This document shows, piece after piece, positions 9,006 through 15,683 of a stretch of 36,914 bases of DNA. The translations under genes and the position numbers were made by a program. Numbering within the stretch: position 1 is the first letter of the stretch; each line of letters opens with the position of its first letter. The DNA is from Clostridia bacterium (GTDB lineage: Bacteria; Bacillota; Clostridia; Oscillospirales; Acutalibacteraceae): the NCBI GenBank assembly GCA_017431755.1, contig JAFRKM010000089.1:1-36914 (forward strand), read 5' to 3'. The notes beneath the pieces were generated by a model. The model made no database searches, had not been told where the DNA came from, and worked only from the letters and a program-made list of their open reading frames with translations.

Positions 9006-10190
9006 ATGGAAAAATTTTCAAAAAGAACATGGGCACAGGTGGATTTGAATGCTATTAGATATAATTTTAATAACATAAAAAACAAATTATCTAAAGAAAC
9101 AAAAATACTGTGCGTTTTAAAAGCAGATGCTTATGGTCATGGAGCAGAATTTTTGGTAAAAGAATACGAGCGTTTAGGTGCAGATTACTATGGCGTTTCT
9201 AATTTGGATGAGGCGCTTCAACTTAGAAAGGCTGGGGCTAAAAAGCCAATACTTATTTTTGGATATACTCCACCAGAAATGGCAGAAACTTTAAGTAAAG
9301 AAAATGTTTCTCAGGCGCTTTTTTCTTTGGATTATGCAAAAGAGCTTTATAATGAATGTAAGGATAAAAATATAAAAGTAAAAGTACATCTTAAAATTGA
9401 TACAGGAATGAGCAGAATAGGTTTTTTCTGTCAAGATGATGAAGATATAAGTAAATCTATAAAAGAAATTGAAAAAATTCATAAAGATATGCCGCTTCTT
9501 GATATGGAAGGAATATTTACTCATTTTTCAGTTTCAGATGATGTTACAAATAATAGAGAATATACGATTTATCAATTTAATAATTTTAAAAAAGTTATTT
9601 CTAAACTTGAAGAAATAGGAATAAAAATACCACTAAAACATTGTTGTAATAGCGGTGGAATAATAAGTTTTCCGGAAATGCATTTAAATATGGTTCGAGC
9701 AGGCATAATACTTTACGGACTTTATCCATCAAAAGAAACTTTGGGTAAAATAGATTTGAAACCAGCTATGGAATTAAAAGCTGTAGTTTCTCAAGTTAAA
9801 GAAATACCTAAAAATACAAGTCTTAGTTACGGCAGGACGTTTATTTCAGGAGATAAAATGAGAATAGCTTCAGTAACAATTGGTTATGCAGATGGTTATT
9901 CGTTGCGTTTTTCGAATAATTCGGAGGTTCTTGTGAAAGGAAAGCGTGCCAAAATTGTGGGAAGAGTTTGTATGGATCAAATGATGATTGATATTACGGA
10001 CATTGAAGATGTAAAAAGTGGTGATGAGGTTACGGTATTTGGTTATGACGGTCAGGAAAAAATATCAGTTGATGATTTAGCGGGCAAAATAGGTACTATA
10101 AATTATGAAATAGTTTGTTTAATTGGAAAAAGAGTGCCTAGAATATATATAAATAATGGAAAAGTCGAAGGTAAAATATCTTATTTATAA
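9006..10190 (+). CDS. alr: Alanine racemase
   Basis: PLP-lysine motif VLKADAYGHGA. Also HLKIDTGMSRIGF and SLSYG...VTIGYADGY...VCMDQMMID. ATG at 9006 is 6 nt after aggtg; the ORF track GTG at 8997 is in frame. Confidence 0.95.
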   Translation: MEKFSKRTWAQVDLNAIRYNFNNIKNKLSKETKILCVLKADAYGHGAEFLVKEYERLGADYYGVSNLDEALQLRKAGAKKPILIFGYTPPEMAETLSKENVSQALFSLDYAKELYNECKDKNIKVKVHLKIDTGMSRIGFFCQDDEDISKSIKEIEKIHKDMPLLDMEGIFTHFSVSDDVTNNREYTIYQFNNFKKVISKLEEIGIKIPLKHCCNSGGIISFPEMHLNMVRAGIILYGLYPSKETLGKIDLKPAMELKAVVSQVKEIPKNTSLSYGRTFISGDKMRIASVTIGYADGYSLRFSNNSEVLVKGKRAKIVGRVCMDQMMIDITDIEDVKSGDEVTVFGYDGQEKISVDDLAGKIGTINYEIVCLIGKRVPRIYINNGKVEGKISYL

Positions 10191-10232
10191 AAAATAGTGA
10201 AAAAATAATTCTTTTATGATATAATAATAGTA

Positions 10233-10706
10233 TTGATTTTTAAAATGTTTAAAAAACTGTTGATTTTGTTAAAAAGGGCTGATAAAAAATTGGATGATAC
10301 AATTAAAATTTTAGCAGCAACTCAAAATTGGAGAAAAGTATATGATTTTTTGAATTTGCGGCTAAAAAATAGTAAAGTCAGCTATAGTGATGCATCGCGT
10401 ATATTGCTTGCCAGTGAAGAAATATTTGTTAATATTTCAAACTATGCTTATAAAGAAAAAAAAGGCGATGTTATTATAAATTTTGTTTGCAGTAATAGTT
10501 CGCCGGTTGTGGTAGAAATAAAATTTACTGATGAAGGAGTTAAATTTGATCCAACAAAAGTAAAAATGCCGGATGTGAGCCTTGATTTAAATCAAAGAAA
10601 AATTGGTGGATTGGGATTGTTTATAGTAAACAAAGTTATGAATAAAGTGGAATATAAGTATGAAAATAGCAGCAATAATTTAATAATTACCAAAATTATT
10701 AAATAA
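10233..10706 (+). CDS. Anti-sigma regulatory factor, serine protein kinase (RsbW/SpoIIAB-like HATPase_c)
   Basis: N-box-like EEIFVNISNYAY, G1-like TDEGVKFDP, G2 GGLGLFIVNKVM. About 150 aa. Followed by a STAS antagonist. The start may be ATG at 10245. Confidence 0.8.
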   Translation: MIFKMFKKLLILLKRADKKLDDTIKILAATQNWRKVYDFLNLRLKNSKVSYSDASRILLASEEIFVNISNYAYKEKKGDVIINFVCSNSSPVVVEIKFTDEGVKFDPTKVKMPDVSLDLNQRKIGGLGLFIVNKVMNKVEYKYENSSNNLIITKIIK

Positions 10707-10727
10707 GTATAGAAGGAGGAAAAAGAT

Positions 10728-11039
10728 ATGACATTCAAAAAAATGCAAAAAGGTAATACGGTAACTTGTGTAATTGAGGGTAGAATAGACACTCAGTCGT
10801 CACCAGATTTGCAAGTGGAGTTTGAAAAAGTACTTAATGAAGAAATAAAAAAATTTGTGCTAGATTTTGAAAAGGTTAATTATTTAAGTAGCGCGGGGCT
10901 TAGAGTAATACTTTGGTTGCAAAAGAAAGTTTCAGCAATGGATGAAGGATATATAGAAGTAATTAACGCTAATGATGAAGTTTTTGAAGTTTTTGATATG
11001 ACAGGTTTTACAGATTTTTTACCAGTAAATGCAAATTAA
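10728..11039 (+). CDS. Anti-sigma factor antagonist (STAS domain, RsbV/SpoIIAA-like)
   Basis: 103-aa STAS fold signature with the phosphorylatable-serine motif VNYLSSAGLRVIL. RBS aaggagg upstream. Confidence 0.85.
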   Translation: MTFKKMQKGNTVTCVIEGRIDTQSSPDLQVEFEKVLNEEIKKFVLDFEKVNYLSSAGLRVILWLQKKVSAMDEGYIEVINANDEVFEVFDMTGFTDFLPVNAN

Positions 11040-11058
11040 AAAATATAATTAAAAAGAT

Positions 11059-11085
11059 AAGCACGCTGTTTGGCGTGCTTTTATT
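11059..11085 (+). terminator. Rho-independent terminator after the STAS gene
   Basis: Stem aagcacgc / gcgtgctt (11059-11066 / 11073-11080) followed by ttttatt. Confidence 0.7.
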
Positions 11086-11212
11086 AAATTTAATTTTTGC
11101 ATTATAGACTAGAAATAATATTTAAAAATTTTAAGAAAATAATAATCTTATAACTTTCATAAATTCAGATTTTATCACAGAAAATAGAGTTTAATATAAT
11201 TATTCTAGCATT

Positions 11213-11240
11213 TTGTAAATAAAATCTAAAAATTTATATT
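11213..11240 (+). promoter_or_regulatory. Candidate promoter (TTGTAA-16 nt-TATATT) for the 11311-17753 operon
   Basis: Read directly in the 271-nt AT-rich spacer. Other AT-rich hexamers nearby make the assignment weak. Confidence 0.3.
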
Positions 11241-11310
11241 GCAAAAAAAAACATTTCGTGAGAAAATAAACATTATAAATAGTTATGGTTAGGAGGAGGA
11301 AATAATTTTT

Positions 11311-12522
11311 ATGAATAAGATAAAAAATTTTTTCTATAAGCTAAGTAAAAACATTTTGTTTGTAACTATCATATTTGCTACAGTAATTTTAACTGTGTAT
11401 ACCATTACTGAAGCTATAGACAGTTCTTCTACAAATAGCAGTACTAATAATAGTAAAACTTCAGACGGTAATGGGTCTGCACAAAATAATCTTGAGGATA
11501 CTGAGATAGACAAAATTGTGGAAGATTTGAAAGTTTCTGGCAATATTGACAATATACTGGAAAAACTTGATGAAATTATTTACCGTGCGCAACTTTCCGG
11601 TAATTCTAAACTTCAAGAATATGCTACAAATATGAAGAAAAAATATGAACTTCAAAAAGAATTAGACAGTGTAAATGGTTTAATAAGTGCCATGAAAAAG
11701 AAGAACTCTTCTATTGCAGATGTAGATACCCAAGTTACTAAAATTCTTTCCGTTTCTACTATAGTGGAAGATTTACGTGGTGCAGTTTCAGATGAGTGCC
11801 TTTTTATACTGGAATCTTTAGATGAAGAAAAAGTGAAAAATTTGCAAGAGCTTATGAGTGAAGTTGAAACTGTTTTTGATTTAAAAGATATTTCCTCCTT
11901 TACTGTTCAACAAAGAAGTCTTTTGGATATTTTATTTTTAAGTAAACTTATAGAAGATGATATGATTGATAACGAAAGACTTGATTTAGCTAAAAATACA
12001 ATTTCTGTTGCAATTACGATACTTGAATCTTATGAAAAACAAAATTATATTCCAGCCGAGTACACTAAGTTAGTTGATGACTCAGACGATTTTTCAAAAA
12101 CCGGAAACAAGGCATTTTCTGTGTTACCAGAGCAGGTTGTATTTTTGGGTGGATACTTTACAATGAAACATGCTCCTATTATGTACGATGGACATATTTT
12201 AGTTGCTGTTGAGGATTTATATCAATATATAGATTCAGATATAGAATATATGTATAATAACGCGACAATGGTTATTACATCTCCTGGTAAGACTTTAGAA
12301 ATTGAAAGTGGTAAAAATCAAGCGTATTTAAATGATGAGCCAAGGAATATTCCTGTTCCGATTCTTAATTATAATGATGTTATTTATATGTCAGCAGAGT
12401 TTTTTGCCGAATGTAATGATATATCTTATAAATATGTTGCGGATAGTGAGTTTTTAGTTCTTTATTATAATCTTGTACAACTTAAAAATCCTTCTGTTCC
12501 AAATCAAATTCATAAAGATTAA
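11311..12522 (+). CDS. Membrane-anchored protein with C-terminal copper-amine-oxidase-N-like (stalk) domain
   Basis: RBS aggaggagg. N-terminal TM helix (ILFVTIIFATVILTVYTI), an S/N-rich linker and a long helical region. The C-terminal ~110 aa (MYDGHILVAVEDLYQYI...MVITSPGKTLEIESGKNQAYLNDEPRNIPVPILNYNDVIYMSAEFFAE) resembles the Clostridia 'copper amine oxidase N-terminal' domain. Confidence 0.6.
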   Translation: MNKIKNFFYKLSKNILFVTIIFATVILTVYTITEAIDSSSTNSSTNNSKTSDGNGSAQNNLEDTEIDKIVEDLKVSGNIDNILEKLDEIIYRAQLSGNSKLQEYATNMKKKYELQKELDSVNGLISAMKKKNSSIADVDTQVTKILSVSTIVEDLRGAVSDECLFILESLDEEKVKNLQELMSEVETVFDLKDISSFTVQQRSLLDILFLSKLIEDDMIDNERLDLAKNTISVAITILESYEKQNYIPAEYTKLVDDSDDFSKTGNKAFSVLPEQVVFLGGYFTMKHAPIMYDGHILVAVEDLYQYIDSDIEYMYNNATMVITSPGKTLEIESGKNQAYLNDEPRNIPVPILNYNDVIYMSAEFFAECNDISYKYVADSEFLVLYYNLVQLKNPSVPNQIHKD

Positions 12523-12541
12523 AATTGGAGGAATAAAATAA

Positions 12542-13510
12542 ATGGCTAAATATACTATAATTGCCGATATAGGTAAAGGATTAATCAGTTTGCTAAGAGA
12601 TAAACTTGTTCCTGATGTTGTTGATAAAGCAGAAAGTATAGGAATTTGCGATCCAAAAGAACGTGGTGATTATATTGTAGGGATTCATCCGTACGATATA
12701 AAAGAAGATACTAGTGGTCGTGGACAAGATCCTGTACCTATGGCTGATGGGACTGTGGCTGACCCGCCAGCAATGATGGAGCTTTATTATGTGATTTCTG
12801 TAAATAGTAAAGCTGAGTTAGAATCTAAAGCACTAGACGAAGCTAAAATTATTGGAAAGATAATCCAGGTTTTTAAAGATAATCCAACTATTCCTGCAAG
12901 ATATATGCCAAGCAATGTTGGTGCACCGATAGAAACTGTTCCGGTTTCTATGCTTCCGCTTAATATGGAAGAAAAAGTTAAAGTTTGGACTATGTTTGGT
13001 GAATCATATAAATTATCTGTGTTTTACGTTATTGGACCAATAGCAATAGATTCTGAAAAAATGCATAAACCCAAAAAGAGAGTTGAAACTATTCATTTGG
13101 ATAGCCATCAATATAAGCATAAAAAAGTTCTTGAATTTGCAACTTTTATTAAAGAAGAAGATATTGATGATGAATATACTAGTCGACCTGATGAGGACGA
13201 AGATGAAGATGAAGACAGCTTTGGGGACGATAGTTTTGGTGATGATGAAGATAGTTTCGGAGAAAGTGATGAAACAAGTAATGAAGACGGCATGGGTGGA
13301 GACGAAGAAATGAATGAAGATGAAGATATGGGTGATAGTGAAGAAACCAGTAGCGATAATGATGATTTTTCCTATGACGAAGAATTAGCTAATGAAGATT
13401 TAGATGAAGATTCAGATAAAAGCTATGATGAAGAAGAGTTACCTGCGGATGAAGAAACTAGTGAAGGCGAAGGTGATACTGAAGAAATAACCTTTAAATC
13501 AGGGGAATAA
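12542..13510 (+). CDS. DUF4255 (Pvc16/Afp16 N-terminal, tail-terminator/cap-like) protein with ~118-aa poly-acidic C-terminal tail
   Basis: The N-terminal ~180 aa follow the DUF4255 pattern as I remember it (I..I...L..LL...LVP, PPAMMELYYVISV, ALDEAKIIGKIIQVFKDNPTIP, V.VSMLPLNMEEKVKVWTMFGESYKLSVFYVIGPIAID). The tail at 13154-13507 is D/E-rich. RBS ggagg lies upstream. Confidence 0.75.
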   Translation: MAKYTIIADIGKGLISLLRDKLVPDVVDKAESIGICDPKERGDYIVGIHPYDIKEDTSGRGQDPVPMADGTVADPPAMMELYYVISVNSKAELESKALDEAKIIGKIIQVFKDNPTIPARYMPSNVGAPIETVPVSMLPLNMEEKVKVWTMFGESYKLSVFYVIGPIAIDSEKMHKPKKRVETIHLDSHQYKHKKVLEFATFIKEEDIDDEYTSRPDEDEDEDEDSFGDDSFGDDEDSFGESDETSNEDGMGGDEEMNEDEDMGDSEETSSDNDDFSYDEELANEDLDEDSDKSYDEEELPADEETSEGEGDTEEITFKSGE

Positions 13511-13534
13511 TTTAAATTTTAGGAGAAAAAAACA

Positions 13535-14443
13535 ATGGGAGTAACTGATATTTTTAAAAACAGCAATGAAAAGAAGCTTATGGATAGATTCATGGAAGTG
13601 GATGTTGATAAAATAAATGATGAAATGAATATTTATAGTCAATACGAACGCATGAGGCAAACTTGGAGCTATGAAGGAAAAAGTGGTTTATACCATAAAA
13701 TGAAAAAAGGTGAAGATATTAGGGATGATATTGACAATATTAAAAAAGATAAAGGTTACCATATTATTTTTACGAAAGAAATATATAAGCGATATATCAA
13801 TTATTTAAATTATTTTAAAGAAAATTATTCAAAAAAAGGTAGATCTGATAGTTTTAATGAATATGAAAAAAATTTTAAAGTTTTTGTAAATTCTGGAAGC
13901 CTTTTTTTGAAAGATTTTAAAGTTTACAAAAATTATTTGGAATTTGTTTTAAAAAATAAAAATGTTACACAAAAGGAACAGATGGGCATTATTAGGTTAA
14001 TTTCGAATATAAAATCACAATTAAAGAATATTGATACTAGTATAAAAAAATTAGAAGAAATAATATTGAAAAGTGATTTAGAATTAAACACAAATAAGGA
14101 CTATTATTTGAAGATAGAAGAAGTGCAAAACTGGCTGTATGGAGAAAATAATTTTTATAACAAAGGTCTTCAAAAAATTTTTAATGACTACAAAGATATT
14201 TATGATTTAATAATGAAATGTAATAAAGACAAATTTTTAGCTTGTGTTTATAAGTATATAAAAAACAAAAAACTGAAATCATTAGAGCAAGAGCTTAGGT
14301 GTATACCTGTGAATAAGATTGAGCCATTAGTAAAAATAACAGTAGAAATGTTTGGTAGGGGTAATAGATATGAAAAAAAATTTGTAGAATTAATGGATGT
14401 TTTAAATAATGATTTAACCCCTAAGTTGGTGAATCTTAAATAA
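13535..14443 (+). CDS. Hypothetical cytoplasmic K/Y/N-rich helical protein
   Basis: RBS aggag 8 nt upstream and 24-nt spacing from the previous gene. 302 open codons in AT-rich DNA. No TM segment and no recognisable motif. Confidence 0.6.
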   Translation: MGVTDIFKNSNEKKLMDRFMEVDVDKINDEMNIYSQYERMRQTWSYEGKSGLYHKMKKGEDIRDDIDNIKKDKGYHIIFTKEIYKRYINYLNYFKENYSKKGRSDSFNEYEKNFKVFVNSGSLFLKDFKVYKNYLEFVLKNKNVTQKEQMGIIRLISNIKSQLKNIDTSIKKLEEIILKSDLELNTNKDYYLKIEEVQNWLYGENNFYNKGLQKIFNDYKDIYDLIMKCNKDKFLACVYKYIKNKKLKSLEQELRCIPVNKIEPLVKITVEMFGRGNRYEKKFVELMDVLNNDLTPKLVNLK

Positions 14444-14481
14444 TATTAGGTATTATATATATTTAAAAGGTGGGTTAGAGT

Positions 14482-15270
14482 ATGCGTGTAATTCATAGGG
14501 CAGCGCTGGTGTTTATGCTTAAAGATATTTATTCTAAAATGCCAATTACAAATGCTGTTATTTTGTGTAACGGCAAGCAAAATCCGTATACAAGAAAAAA
14601 AGACGGGTATTATGTTTTTTCTAATCTTTATCCTATGGATTATGAAATAAGCATTAGTGCCAAAGGATATATCGATCTTAATTTTAATGTTACTTTGCGA
14701 GAAAATGAAACGCAGGTGCATAATTATGATATGTCTTATAGTGTGGATAATGAAAGTCTAACTCATTTAACAAAGTTTGAGATAACTGTTTCTCATAAAA
14801 AAGAAAGGTTAAAAGATACGGAAGTAAAACTTGTGCTTAAAAACGAAGCTAAATTTATGAAAGTTATAGAAGCAGCACAGGCCGGCACAGATGAATTAAA
14901 ACTTAATTTAGATATGATGCCATCGCTTATTGGTCAAAATTATATTTATGAATTTAAAAAGCAAAAAAATGAATTTTTTATTTGGGGATATGATAATGAA
15001 AAGAAAGTGTATACTCTTAAAAATCCTCTTGAAAACGATATAGAACCTGGTGGAAAAGTCTATCCATTTTGGAATTTAAAAACAGATTCTTTAGGTAGAA
15101 TTACAATGCCGATTATTAGCCAGTTTATGACGGAAAGTAATGTTGATTTTGAAATTATTGCACCGGATGGACTTTCCTCTAAATTTTCGGCAGACCTTAC
15201 TAGTTTGTCAGAGTCAGATAAGGTTATTTATTTAAAAGCAGGCCTTAGAAAAAAAGCTAATAAAAATTAA
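14482..15270 (+). CDS. Hypothetical protein with N-terminal carboxypeptidase-regulatory-like beta-sandwich
   Basis: RBS aaggtggg. ITNAVILCNG...KKDGYYVFSNLYPMDYEISISAKGYIDLNFNVTL fits the CarboxypepD_reg-like pattern. The rest is unrecognised. Confidence 0.55.
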   Translation: MRVIHRAALVFMLKDIYSKMPITNAVILCNGKQNPYTRKKDGYYVFSNLYPMDYEISISAKGYIDLNFNVTLRENETQVHNYDMSYSVDNESLTHLTKFEITVSHKKERLKDTEVKLVLKNEAKFMKVIEAAQAGTDELKLNLDMMPSLIGQNYIYEFKKQKNEFFIWGYDNEKKVYTLKNPLENDIEPGGKVYPFWNLKTDSLGRITMPIISQFMTESNVDFEIIAPDGLSSKFSADLTSLSESDKVIYLKAGLRKKANKN

Positions 15271-15292
15271 TTAAAAAGGGAGCAAAAAAGTT

Positions 15293-15664
15293 ATGGGAAT
15301 TTTGGTTGGAATGGGTGCACAGTGTATGTGTACAATGGGATTAACACCCGCACCGCTTATGATTTTGCCTCAAAAGAAAGCTTTTGCAGAAAATAAACCT
15401 ATTGCCACAATTCAAGATAACAAACCTATGGTTAATATTTTGCCTTTTGGGATGTGTAAATCCCTAGGCAATCCCGGTGTTAAACCGCCTGTTATGCCAC
15501 AAGCACCGTGTATTCCTAATACTGCTGCACCATGGATGCCAGGATCTCCAACAGTTCTTGTTGGTAATGTGCCAGCGCTTAATAATAGTTGCAAACTTAT
15601 TTGCAATTACGGCGGAGTGATTTCTATTATGAATCCCGGAATAACTAAAGTTATGGTAAAATAA
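15293..15664 (+). CDS. DUF4280 (PAAR-like) domain protein, stand-alone
   Basis: Conserved Cys/Pro/Gly pattern: GAQCMCTMGLTPAPLMILP, ATIQDNKPMVNILPFGMC, PCIPNTAAPWMPGSPTVLVGNVPALNNSCKLICNYGGVISI. RBS agggag. Locally higher G+C. Confidence 0.85.
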   Translation: MGILVGMGAQCMCTMGLTPAPLMILPQKKAFAENKPIATIQDNKPMVNILPFGMCKSLGNPGVKPPVMPQAPCIPNTAAPWMPGSPTVLVGNVPALNNSCKLICNYGGVISIMNPGITKVMVK

Positions 15665-15683
15665 TTTTTTAAAGGAATATATT

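Noticed and set aside
13083-13313. 76-aa (+) and 61-aa (-) ORFs inside the acidic-tail region, and the 64-aa (-) ORF at 15412-15606 inside the DUF4280 gene
   Set aside because: These are products of repetitive GA-rich or locally G+C-rich coding DNA, which lacks stop codons in other frames. The translations (poly-S/K or P/G-rich) are shadows of the main frames.
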